Positions 8,169-17,199 of a stretch of 64,000 bases of DNA are shown here, one piece after another. A program made the translations under genes and the position numbers. Each line of letters begins with the position of its first letter. Within the stretch, counting starts at the first letter, position 1. The notes below the pieces were generated by a model, which ran no database searches, was not told where the DNA came from, and saw only the letters and a list, made by a program, of their open reading frames with translations. The DNA is from a virus, in IMG/VR virus record IMGVR_UViG_3300032308_000833, positions 16,763 through 80,762 of that record; one strand, 5' to 3'.

Positions 8169-9428
8169 ATGGCAATAGGTAAAAAAGTAGGTAAGAAGTC
8201 TCAAGGTTCTAATGACTTTTTAATGCCAAGAACACCAACTATTGGAACAGCAACAAACGTTGGAACAGGGCGGGCATTTAACAATGGTGCAGCCACAGTA
8301 ACATTTACAGCAGATCCTACCTATGCAGCAGACTCTTTTACAGTTACATCAACTCCAGGTAGTTTTACAGCAACAGGAGCATCATCTCCAATTACAGTTA
8401 CAGGATTACAATCAGATACAGCATATACTTTTAAAGTAACTGCAACAAATACTTATGGAACATCAGGTGAATCAGAGGCATCTAACTCTATTACAGCAAC
8501 AACTGTTCCAGCAACACCAGCAGCACCAAGTGCATCATCACCAAACGCTGATCAAGATGTAATTTCATGGGATGCACCAGCAAACGGTGGATCAGTAATA
8601 ACAAATTATCATTGGCAATCAAATGAAGCCCCTGTTAAAGAAGGAGATACTGCGACTACGCTTAACGCAACAGTAGGGCAAGAAGCAGGAACAGCACAAC
8701 GGTACAAAGTTTATGCAACTAACGCTAACGGAAACTCAGAATATTCTGCATTATCAGCAGAAGTAACAACAACATTTTCTTTCGTACCTTTTGGTGTGTT
8801 TGGTTTTTCACCATTTACAGTGTTTGGTTTCTCTCCGTTTAACGTGTTTGGTTTTTCACCATTTAACGTATTTGGTTTCTCACCATTCAGAGTATTTGGT
8901 TTCTCACCATTCAGAGTATTTGGTTTCTCACCAACTACATACTGTGTAGATGAAGATGCACCAGTTCTTACAACAACTGGAAATAAAAAAGCAAAAGACA
9001 TTGAACTTGGAGATAAATTAATTGTAAAAGCATTTGAAGAAATGCCAGTTGGAGATCTTTACAAAATTGTACTTTGGAAAAAAAGAGGTAACCTAACAAA
9101 TTACAGAGAATTAGAAGCAGATGTAACTAAGATTACACCAACAGTAGTACATGAAACAGTTATGTTTAATAATGATCCAAACATGAGATTTTCATTACTA
9201 GAAGATATGTTTGTAATTAAAAATGGTTTATATGGTTTTGTTTCTTCAAGAGAAATTAAACCTGGAGATAAAATTATTACAAGAGATTCTTTGATGGTAG
9301 TAGAAACTGTTGAAATAGTTAACGAAACAAGAACTGTTTACAGTTTTGGAAGATATCCAATTGGATTAGTTATAGCAGGAGGATTAGTTCATTATAACGA
9401 CTACTCTCCTTCAGAAATACCAGATTAA
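8169..9428 (+). CDS. FN3x2 + (FGFSPFxV)n repeat + Hint (intein-like) domain protein
   Basis: SPITVTGLQSDTAYTFKVTATN..G and ISWDAPANGGS.ITNY...YKVYATNANG are FN3 signatures; Hint runs from C259 (CVDEDAPVLT) to TVYSF...IAGGLVHYN. Confidence 0.85.
   Translation: MAIGKKVGKKSQGSNDFLMPRTPTIGTATNVGTGRAFNNGAATVTFTADPTYAADSFTVTSTPGSFTATGASSPITVTGLQSDTAYTFKVTATNTYGTSGESEASNSITATTVPATPAAPSASSPNADQDVISWDAPANGGSVITNYHWQSNEAPVKEGDTATTLNATVGQEAGTAQRYKVYATNANGNSEYSALSAEVTTTFSFVPFGVFGFSPFTVFGFSPFNVFGFSPFNVFGFSPFRVFGFSPFRVFGFSPTTYCVDEDAPVLTTTGNKKAKDIELGDKLIVKAFEEMPVGDLYKIVLWKKRGNLTNYRELEADVTKITPTVVHETVMFNNDPNMRFSLLEDMFVIKNGLYGFVSSREIKPGDKIITRDSLMVVETVEIVNETRTVYSFGRYPIGLVIAGGLVHYNDYSPSEIPD
8775..8933 (+). repeat. 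24-nt in-frame tandem repeat encoding FGFSPFxV (6 units + partial)
   Basis: FSFVPFGV FGFSPFTV FGFSPFNV FGFSPFNV FGFSPFRV FGFSPFRV FGFSP. Confidence 0.97.
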
Positions 9429-9480
9429 TAACAATCTAATAACCTATATGCTACAATAGTTGTAAGTAGATAGGGAAATA

Positions 9481-10146
9481 ATGAGACAAGGGCCACCACC
9501 AGAATTACGTGGTATTCAGCAATCAATTAAACCACATAAGTTTTTTGAAAGACATCTAAACAATGATTTAGATTTATTAGCAAATGAATTAACTGACAGA
9601 TATCAAAGTATTGAAAAAGTAGAACTAGATGGTATTACTCCAGTTAACAGTAAAGATTATTGGCAAGAATCTGGTAGCGTTTCTACAGTTAAATGGAGAG
9701 AGTATAACGTATTTCAGTTTCACATTGATGGTATATATGAGTTATATAAAAATATTCAAGACATGACTAAAGAGGCTTGTGAATATTACGAGATAGATTT
9801 TGAAAAACAAAGATTTATGTTGCAAGGATGGTTTAATATTAATCATAAGAAAAAAGGAAAACTAGACTGGCATGATCATGGTCATACTGGTGCTCCAAAT
9901 AATTTTCATGGATATTACTGTGTAAAAGCAGAACCATCATCAACTTATTATAGAGTTTTTGGTAAAGATATGGAAAATAAAAATATTGATAATCGTGCTA
10001 TTTTTTCAGAAATGGGACATCCTCATGCACAAGGTGATTGGGATTGGGAAGGACCAAGAATTACAGTTGCATATGATGTTGTAACTTTGGAAGAGTTAAA
10101 ACATGCTGGTAAAGATCATGAGCAACACTGGATACCTTTGATATGA
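9481..10146 (+). CDS. Putative 2OG-Fe(II) oxygenase (HxH type)
   Basis: QGWFNI...WHDH...FHGYYCV...HPH...RITVAYD double-stranded beta-helix pattern. Confidence 0.7.
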   Translation: MRQGPPPELRGIQQSIKPHKFFERHLNNDLDLLANELTDRYQSIEKVELDGITPVNSKDYWQESGSVSTVKWREYNVFQFHIDGIYELYKNIQDMTKEACEYYEIDFEKQRFMLQGWFNINHKKKGKLDWHDHGHTGAPNNFHGYYCVKAEPSSTYYRVFGKDMENKNIDNRAIFSEMGHPHAQGDWDWEGPRITVAYDVVTLEELKHAGKDHEQHWIPLI

Positions 10147-10772
10147 TAAAGGAAAAACCAACACATAAATTTTTTGAAAGATATGTTGACAATGACCTAA
10201 CGCAACTTTCAAGATATTTGTTAAAACTTGAAAAAGATTTATTTGAAGGGGTCTATCCAAAAGTTTCTAAAGAGTTTGCTAATAATATTGGTGGTGTTCA
10301 TAATTTAGGAACAAAGTTTAATATTTTTCAGTGCTATAGTCCACAAATTCACAAATTGTTTTCTGCACTTAGAGAATTAACTATAGATGCTTGTGAGTAT
10401 TACGATATTGATTATAAAAAACAATCTTACATGGTTCAGGGTTGGTTTAACACAGACGGAATAGCAGAACCACCAGTTAATGAATCAACTCATTATCACG
10501 ATCATCTAGGTGGTACTGGTGCACCAAACTTTCATGGTTATTACTGTGTAGATGCTGAGCCATCTTTTACTTATTATAAAATTGGTGGTCAAGATAAAGA
10601 ATCAATTCAAAATATTAACAAGAACAATAGAGCCATATTGTCAGAAACTGGTCACCCACATGGAATAGGTCCTTGGCCTTTTGATAAACCAAGAATTACT
10701 ATTGCTTATGATATATCTCCAGTTACTCATATGAGTGGAAGTGAATTACAACATTGGGTTCCTTTACCTTAA
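10143..10772 (+). CDS. Putative 2OG-Fe(II) oxygenase (HxH type), paralog of 9481..10146
   Basis: HKFFER..NDL, QGWFN, YHDH, FHGYYCV, GHPH, PRITIAYD and QHW.PL are all shared with the upstream gene. Confidence 0.7.
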   Translation: MIKEKPTHKFFERYVDNDLTQLSRYLLKLEKDLFEGVYPKVSKEFANNIGGVHNLGTKFNIFQCYSPQIHKLFSALRELTIDACEYYDIDYKKQSYMVQGWFNTDGIAEPPVNESTHYHDHLGGTGAPNFHGYYCVDAEPSFTYYKIGGQDKESIQNINKNNRAILSETGHPHGIGPWPFDKPRITIAYDISPVTHMSGSELQHWVPLP

Positions 10773-10897
10773 ACAAGATTGTTTGTTTTATTGTTGGTCA
10801 TAAAATAAAAAGTACTACTTGTCCATATACTAAAAATACATACACGTTGTGTGAACGTTGTAGTCCAAAACAACATACAGCAATGTCGTTTCACTAA
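10754..10897 (+). CDS. Small Cys/His-rich (Zn-binding?) protein, not in ORF track
   Basis: TTG-start frame: MGSFTLNKIVCFIVGHKIKSTTCPYTKNTYTLCERCSPKQHTAMSFH, a C-x3-GH...CxRC pattern seen in small phage proteins; start uncertain. Confidence 0.45.
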   Translation: MGSFTLNKIVCFIVGHKIKSTTCPYTKNTYTLCERCSPKQHTAMSFH

Positions 10898-10941
10898 CGC
10901 ACAAATCAAACACATGCAGTGTTTTTAGTTTTAATAAACTC

Positions 10942-10950
10942 TGCTATACT
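10942..10950 (+). promoter_or_regulatory. Extended -10 promoter for nrdJ
   Basis: TGCTATACT upstream of AGGAG SD. Confidence 0.6.
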
Positions 10951-10987
10951 TAGTACTTATTCAATTTCATTTAATTAGGAGAAATCA

Positions 10988-13018
10988 ATGTCAGACTTTT
11001 TTAGTTTTAAACTTCCAGAGGATTTTATTACAAAATATGTAACTATGGATAGCCCATTTGGGTTTAGCGATGCTGGAAACAACTCTTTAGGTGAAATTAC
11101 TTTTATTAGAACTTATTCTCGTGTTAAAGAAGATGGAACCAAAGAAAGATGGTACGAGGTTTGTAAGCGTGTAATCGAGGGTATGTATTCAGTACAAAAG
11201 AATCATGCAAAAGAAAACAGATTACCATGGAATGACTACAAGGCTCAAAAGTCTGCTCAAGAAGCATTTGATCGTATGTTTAATCTTAAATGGACACCAC
11301 CAGGTCGTGGGATGTGGGCATTTGGAACCCCCATGACAATGGAAAAAAGGAACTCTGCAGCCCTTCAAAATTGTGCCATGGTATCTACTAAGGATCTAGA
11401 TAGAAACGACCCAGGAGCACTGTTTGCGTGGGTTATGGATGCCCTTATGCTAGGCATTGGAGTTGGTTTTGATACCGTTGGACAAGATAAAGAATTTTCT
11501 ATATATTCACCATTAGAAACTGAATCAGTTTATGAAATTCCAGATACTAGAGAAGGTTGGGTTGAGTCTGTTAGATTATTATTAAATTCATATTTAAGAC
11601 AAGGCCAAGCAAAACAAAAATTTAACTATGATTTAGTAAGACCATTTGGTGCCCCAATTAAAGGTTTTGGCGGTACAGCATCAGGACCAGAACCATTAAT
11701 AAAATTACATAATCAAATTGATACTGTTATTGGAGGCAGAGCAGGAGAAAAACTTGACTCTAGAGCCATAGTAGATGTTGTTAACTTAATTGGAACTTGT
11801 GTTGTTGCAGGAAATGTTCGTAGATCAGCAACACTAGCATTGGGTTCTGCTGAAGATAAAGATTTTATTAATTTAAAAAATCCAGATATATTTCCAGAAA
11901 GAAATTCATTTGATTCAAAGAATCCAGGTTGGGCTTGGATGTCAAACAATTCTATTTCAGCAACAGTGGGCACTAAGTATGAAGATTATGTAGATTTAAT
12001 AGTTAATAATGGAGAGCCAGGCTTTATATGGTTAGATGTTGCTAGAAATTATGGTAGATTAAAAGATCCAGCAGATTATAAAGATTATAGAGTTATGGGT
12101 TTTAATCCATGTGCAGAACAACCATTAGAATCTTATGAACTATGTACATTGGTTGAAGTTCATTTAAATAGACATAAAGATAAAGAAGATTTTTTAAGAA
12201 CATTAAAGTTTGCATACCTATATGGAAAAACAGTTACTTTGGTTCCAACTCATTGGCAACAAACAAATGGTATTATGCAACGTAATAGAAGAATTGGAAC
12301 TTCTTTAACAGGCATTGCTTCTTTTTCAGATAAACATGGTTTGCCAATAGTTCGTGAATGGATGGATGAAGGATATTTAAATATTAAAAAATATGATCAT
12401 CAATATTCAGAATGGTTATGTGTTCGTGAATCAATAAGAGTTACAACAGTTAAGCCATCTGGTAGCGTAAGTATTCTTTCTGGAGCAACTCCAGGAGTTC
12501 ATTGGGGTCCAGGTGGAAAGTTCTTTATGAGAGCAATTAGATTTGGTGAATCTGATCCTATGGTTTATTTATTTAAGGCTGCTGGATATAAAATAGAAGA
12601 TGATGTTGTTTCTGCAAATACAAAGGTTGTCTATTTTCCAATTGCTTCAGAACATGAAAGAGCAGAAAAAGATGTTAGTCTTTTTGAAAAAATTGCTCTT
12701 GCAGCAACTGCTCAAAAATATTGGTCAGACAATGGTGTGTCAGTAACTTTATCTTTTGATAAAGAAACAGAGGCTAAGTATGTTGCTCCAGCATTACACA
12801 TGTACGAAGGACAATTAAAGGCGGTATCATTCTTACCCATGGGAAACACGGTATATCCACAACAACCTTATACAGAAATTACTGAAGAAGAGTATAATAG
12901 TTATGTAGGAAAGATTGCTAAAATCAACTGGGATGCTATCTACGATGGAGTAGAAAATCTAGAAGCACAGGGTGAAGCATACTGTACTACAGATGTTTGT
13001 GAAATAAAGATAGGTTAA
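10988..13018 (+). CDS. nrdJ: Class II (adenosylcobalamin-dependent) ribonucleotide reductase, monomeric RTPR type
   Basis: RTYSR, PPGRG.W, NCA, GNVRRSA, NPCAEQ.L..YELC.LVE, TTVKPSG, C-terminal CxxxxC. Confidence 0.93.
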   Translation: MSDFFSFKLPEDFITKYVTMDSPFGFSDAGNNSLGEITFIRTYSRVKEDGTKERWYEVCKRVIEGMYSVQKNHAKENRLPWNDYKAQKSAQEAFDRMFNLKWTPPGRGMWAFGTPMTMEKRNSAALQNCAMVSTKDLDRNDPGALFAWVMDALMLGIGVGFDTVGQDKEFSIYSPLETESVYEIPDTREGWVESVRLLLNSYLRQGQAKQKFNYDLVRPFGAPIKGFGGTASGPEPLIKLHNQIDTVIGGRAGEKLDSRAIVDVVNLIGTCVVAGNVRRSATLALGSAEDKDFINLKNPDIFPERNSFDSKNPGWAWMSNNSISATVGTKYEDYVDLIVNNGEPGFIWLDVARNYGRLKDPADYKDYRVMGFNPCAEQPLESYELCTLVEVHLNRHKDKEDFLRTLKFAYLYGKTVTLVPTHWQQTNGIMQRNRRIGTSLTGIASFSDKHGLPIVREWMDEGYLNIKKYDHQYSEWLCVRESIRVTTVKPSGSVSILSGATPGVHWGPGGKFFMRAIRFGESDPMVYLFKAAGYKIEDDVVSANTKVVYFPIASEHERAEKDVSLFEKIALAATAQKYWSDNGVSVTLSFDKETEAKYVAPALHMYEGQLKAVSFLPMGNTVYPQQPYTEITEEEYNSYVGKIAKINWDAIYDGVENLEAQGEAYCTTDVCEIKIG

Positions 13019-13020
13019 AT

Positions 13021-13551
13021 ATGGAAGATTTTAAGTCTCAAATCAAGTATGTTAAGGGTTTTATGAACCCTCAAGAAGCAGGTTTGGTAACGGAATATGC
13101 AAAAAAACATCAAGAACTATTTTCTAATTATGGAAATAGTGAACAAGAGTTTACGGTTCATACCTATCATGAAATAAATGATCTAGATCCTGCTATTCTT
13201 AATATAATTCAAAATGTTGCATTGAAAGTTTATGATTTTGTTTTAAATAACTATGATTCTGAATTTGAAAATTTTATTGATGAAAAAACACATATTGCAA
13301 AATTTGTTGAAGGAAGAGGAATGCATGAACATTTTGATGCTTCTAGGCCAAAAGATATAGCAACTTTAGTTTATTTAAATGATGAATATCAAGGTGGAGA
13401 CATATACTTTCCAAAATATGAAATGTCTTTTAAGCCAGAACCTGGAGATCTATTATGTTTTCCAGACAATACAAACTTTATTCACGGTGTTAAGCCAATA
13501 GTTAAGGGAACAAGGTTTACATTACCTCGTTGGTTTACACGCATTGTGTGA
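13021..13551 (+). CDS. 2OG-Fe(II) oxygenase, prolyl-4-hydroxylase-like
   Basis: HFD...LVYLNDEYQGG.I.F...KP.PG.L..FP...HGV..I..GTR: HxD, H and R all present. Confidence 0.88.
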   Translation: MEDFKSQIKYVKGFMNPQEAGLVTEYAKKHQELFSNYGNSEQEFTVHTYHEINDLDPAILNIIQNVALKVYDFVLNNYDSEFENFIDEKTHIAKFVEGRGMHEHFDASRPKDIATLVYLNDEYQGGDIYFPKYEMSFKPEPGDLLCFPDNTNFIHGVKPIVKGTRFTLPRWFTRIV

Positions 13552-13572
13552 TAAAATAGACTAGGAGAACCT

Positions 13573-16500
13573 ATGTCTAACCCATCCAATCTTTATGCAG
13601 AAAAAATTTTTTCAGAGCATCCAATAGCACTCTGGGCATTAGACGATAAATCTGATTATGTAATGTTGTTAGATGCAGGACAAAAGGATATAAGTTCTTG
13701 GACAATATCTGATTGTACGATTTCAGAAGAAACCAGCATATCTACTCAACCATTTCTTACAGAGTCTTTATATAAAGTAACTGGTATACCCTCTACAACT
13801 ATAAACAAAGTTGCAGTTTTAACTAGTGGTACTTTATTTAATTTTCAAGATCTTAGTTCAGAGTTAGACACTTTTGCCATATCTTGTTATTTTTATTCAA
13901 ACAGTTTGCATCTTAATTCAGTAGCAATAGGATATAAGTATACTGATGTTGTTACAGGTAACCCAGTTGAGATTTTAAAAAATGTTCCAATATCTGTAAA
14001 TAATAAATGGTTTTTGTTGTCAGAAACATTTAAAGTTGTTAATCAAAATACAACAGTTCAAGCAATAGTAAAAATAGGATATTCTGCTAGTGTCAACGGA
14101 AGCGAAGCCTATGAGTTTTTTTTAAATGGTTTGTCAATAGGTCAATGGTCAGAAGAATTTCAAAACTATTCTATTGGGTCAGATGTTGTAAATGTTCCAT
14201 CTGATATATCGATAGAAACTTCTGAAGGAATTATAGCAAGATCATATGGATCAGATACAAACTATGGGTATTATCTTGTTAATAACAATAAGATATATGC
14301 ACAAAACTTTGGTGTTCCTTTAGTTTACGGTGCTTCAAACGTTACAAAACTATTTCCAAATATTAACGAAGATGAGACGGCAAAACCATCTATAATATTT
14401 CCAGGTTTTGGATTTTTAAATGATTCTGGAAGATACAATAATTATACTGTAGAAATGTGGATAAGGGTTGGGGTTGACACTTTAGAAAGCAAAAGAATAT
14501 TTGGTCCAATAAATTCTAATGACGGTTTATATGTAGATGATTGTTTTATTACTTTAGTTGTAGATAATAACTTTAAGTCTGTTTATGTTGGAGAGTGGTT
14601 TAGACCAATGTTAATTCAGATAGTGTATTTAGAAAATAAAGTGTTGTTATTTTTAAATGGTGAAAAAGTTGCAGATTTAAATATTGATAATTCTACATTA
14701 AATCTTTTATCAAAACTAGATGAAGCAGATAAAGATCAAGATTGGCTTGGATTTTATTCTTATGAAAATGTTTATCCATTTGAACTAGATTGTTTTGCTA
14801 TATATCCTTATGTTATACCAGAAATAATTTCAAAAAAGAGATGGGTGTATGGTCAAGCAGTACAAAGTCTTGAATCAGTAGACTCTTCTTATAGTGGTAA
14901 ATCTGCACATATAGATTATTCTTTTGCAGATTATGGTACAAATTATCACTATCCAAATATTGGAAAGTGGGAACAAGGAAAAGTAGACAATCTAAGTTAT
15001 AGTAATAGTTACTTGAGTACTCAGGATTATGAACTTCCTAACATAACAATAGGTAATAGTGTTGCAATTAATGATTGGTATACTGATTTATCAGAACTTC
15101 AAGATGAAGATAATCTTTGGGCTAGTTTTTTAACTTACACTGGTTCGTATACTTTTAATAATTTTAATATTTTAAATGAAGAAATTGCTTCTTTGCATGG
15201 TGTTTTTAAAACAACGTCATTATTAAATTCAACAATTGTGTTGATTAAAAATAAAAACAACTCAGATTTCTTTTCAATAGAAACAACAGGGGTTGGAGAT
15301 TTAGTATATAGGATTAACGTATCAGGAACAGAGACAATACTTTATGAAACTACATATCAGCAAAACGCATATCTTGAAATCGGTATATATTTAGAAGATT
15401 TAATTTCTACATTTGGAAATGATGTTGCAACGTTTTTTGGTAACAAAGATTCTTTAAAACTTACATTATTAAATAATGAAGATGGAGATTCTTGTTTTGA
15501 TCAAAAAATGTATAGATTTGGCTTATCAACAAAAAATAATCACAAACTTTTTTCTTCACAATTTCAAGCAAATGGAATAATTAAAGATGACAGCAATATA
15601 AATGTGCACCTTGCTCACGATTTGGCAAGTTATACTCTTCACCCAACAGTAAAATATAATAAATATTATCTTGACATAGGTATTGCTGGATATTGGGAAG
15701 ACTATGTTCCATTAAAATATTTTGCAAAATATACAACAAATTCATCTGGTAAAAAAGAATATAGTTTGGATTATATTCAGTATAATATCAACTTTCCGTC
15801 ACCATCTATTTTTAAAGTTGTTGAAGATGCAGGTGGGTGGACATATGGTCAGTTAGATGAAAAATTTGCAGTACCAGTACAGCAGTCTTATGAAGTTTTA
15901 GATAATTCTTTGTTTAGCGGGTATAATAATTATGAAGATTTACAGTATAATAGATCAGATCTAAGTTATGAGTATGATTCAGTTAACTCACTAGTTCAGT
16001 CTTATGTATCTTTTCAGTTTACAAAAACAGGCATAAATAAATCTTTTGAATCATTTACAACAATTGCTCCAGCCTTAAAAAGCGGTATATTAAACCTAGA
16101 CAATTACCCAGATTGGCAAAATACTATATTTTTAGTTGAAAACGATACAATCATTTATCCGCCTTCATCTGTTAGTTTTGAAAGTTTATCAATGTCTACA
16201 TACCTAAAGTTTAATGTAAGGTCAACTATCAACAGAAAAATAAAGATTAGATCGTTAGAGTTTTCATCTAGATCACTAGAAGAAAATGCGTCTACCCCAA
16301 TTAGTACAAAAACTGGAACTAAATTATATCCATATATAAAGAATGGAATTTATAATGACTATAGAGGAAAAAATCCAATAAGTATTTACAAACATTCTAA
16401 TCCATACCTATACCTAACTAGATACTCTGGAGTAAAATTAAAAGGTGATTTTAATTATTATCAGAACAAGGGTTTAAGTATGCCAATTAATGAAAACAAG

Positions 16501-17181
16501 GATACACTTTTTTCCGTATCAACTATACAGTTAGCAATTAAAAATGATAATTTTGAGTTTACTTATACTCCAGTTCAAATATTTCAAATAAATACGGTTG
16601 AGTCAACGGTTAATTTTTACGTAGTTTCAAATGGAGACTCTGGGCAAAGAGGCAAGATTTATGCTATTGATTCAAAGACTGGTCAGTTACAAAATGGAAT
16701 ATCTTACTACTTAAATGGAGTGTTAGTTGCAAATCCAGTAATAGATTCTAAAAACTGGTATTTTTTGAGCGTATCGTTTGCAACACCACTTAAATTTAAC
16801 TCATATACTGGATCTATAAACCTTAATGGCCCATTAATATATAATCACATATCTTACTATAAGTTAACTGGATTACAACAAAGACAGAGTTCTATAACTA
16901 GAATTTGGGATGAGGTAAAGCAGCAATATGTGCTTGGAGCAGAGGAACCATTTGATTTTGATTGGGAGTTTTGGAATGAAGGATATTTATGGTTTGGAGT
17001 ATTAATTAAGACATCTTCTTCAGATTTTGGTAATATTCCATCTAATATTTATAAAACTTATATGGGTACAAACAAAATTATAGTAGGAAATGATGGAGAA
17101 AAGCAATTAGTGGCAAAGAGTTATGAAAATCCTATCTATATTGGTTCCTCATGGCAACAGTATGTCCTCAATCCAACATAA
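13573..17181 (+). CDS. Large virion structural protein (LamG/ConA-like beta domains probable)
   Basis: 1202 aa; HPIALWALDD; YTVEMW, LFLNGE and YYLNGV..WYFLSV motifs; adjacent to the portal gene. Confidence 0.55.
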   Translation: MSNPSNLYAEKIFSEHPIALWALDDKSDYVMLLDAGQKDISSWTISDCTISEETSISTQPFLTESLYKVTGIPSTTINKVAVLTSGTLFNFQDLSSELDTFAISCYFYSNSLHLNSVAIGYKYTDVVTGNPVEILKNVPISVNNKWFLLSETFKVVNQNTTVQAIVKIGYSASVNGSEAYEFFLNGLSIGQWSEEFQNYSIGSDVVNVPSDISIETSEGIIARSYGSDTNYGYYLVNNNKIYAQNFGVPLVYGASNVTKLFPNINEDETAKPSIIFPGFGFLNDSGRYNNYTVEMWIRVGVDTLESKRIFGPINSNDGLYVDDCFITLVVDNNFKSVYVGEWFRPMLIQIVYLENKVLLFLNGEKVADLNIDNSTLNLLSKLDEADKDQDWLGFYSYENVYPFELDCFAIYPYVIPEIISKKRWVYGQAVQSLESVDSSYSGKSAHIDYSFADYGTNYHYPNIGKWEQGKVDNLSYSNSYLSTQDYELPNITIGNSVAINDWYTDLSELQDEDNLWASFLTYTGSYTFNNFNILNEEIASLHGVFKTTSLLNSTIVLIKNKNNSDFFSIETTGVGDLVYRINVSGTETILYETTYQQNAYLEIGIYLEDLISTFGNDVATFFGNKDSLKLTLLNNEDGDSCFDQKMYRFGLSTKNNHKLFSSQFQANGIIKDDSNINVHLAHDLASYTLHPTVKYNKYYLDIGIAGYWEDYVPLKYFAKYTTNSSGKKEYSLDYIQYNINFPSPSIFKVVEDAGGWTYGQLDEKFAVPVQQSYEVLDNSLFSGYNNYEDLQYNRSDLSYEYDSVNSLVQSYVSFQFTKTGINKSFESFTTIAPALKSGILNLDNYPDWQNTIFLVENDTIIYPPSSVSFESLSMSTYLKFNVRSTINRKIKIRSLEFSSRSLEENASTPISTKTGTKLYPYIKNGIYNDYRGKNPISIYKHSNPYLYLTRYSGVKLKGDFNYYQNKGLSMPINENKDTLFSVSTIQLAIKNDNFEFTYTPVQIFQINTVESTVNFYVVSNGDSGQRGKIYAIDSKTGQLQNGISYYLNGVLVANPVIDSKNWYFLSVSFATPLKFNSYTGSINLNGPLIYNHISYYKLTGLQQRQSSITRIWDEVKQQYVLGAEEPFDFDWEFWNEGYLWFGVLIKTSSSDFGNIPSNIYKTYMGTNKIIVGNDGEKQLVAKSYENPIYIGSSWQQYVLNPT

Positions 17182-17199
17182 TATGGTATACTAATGGTT

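Noticed and set aside
538-8933. 24-nt repeats as CRISPR arrays
   Set aside because: The units are contiguous with no spacers, in frame, and vary at synonymous positions, so they are coding repeats. The Cas4-like gene has no cas neighbours.
8711-9001. Minus-strand ORF with (GEKPNTLN)n repeat
   Set aside because: Antisense shadow of the FGFSPFxV array; no SD or promoter seen.
10908-10932. AAACAC-atgca-GTGTTT hairpin as a terminator
   Set aside because: The stem is AT-rich and weak, so it cannot be supported.
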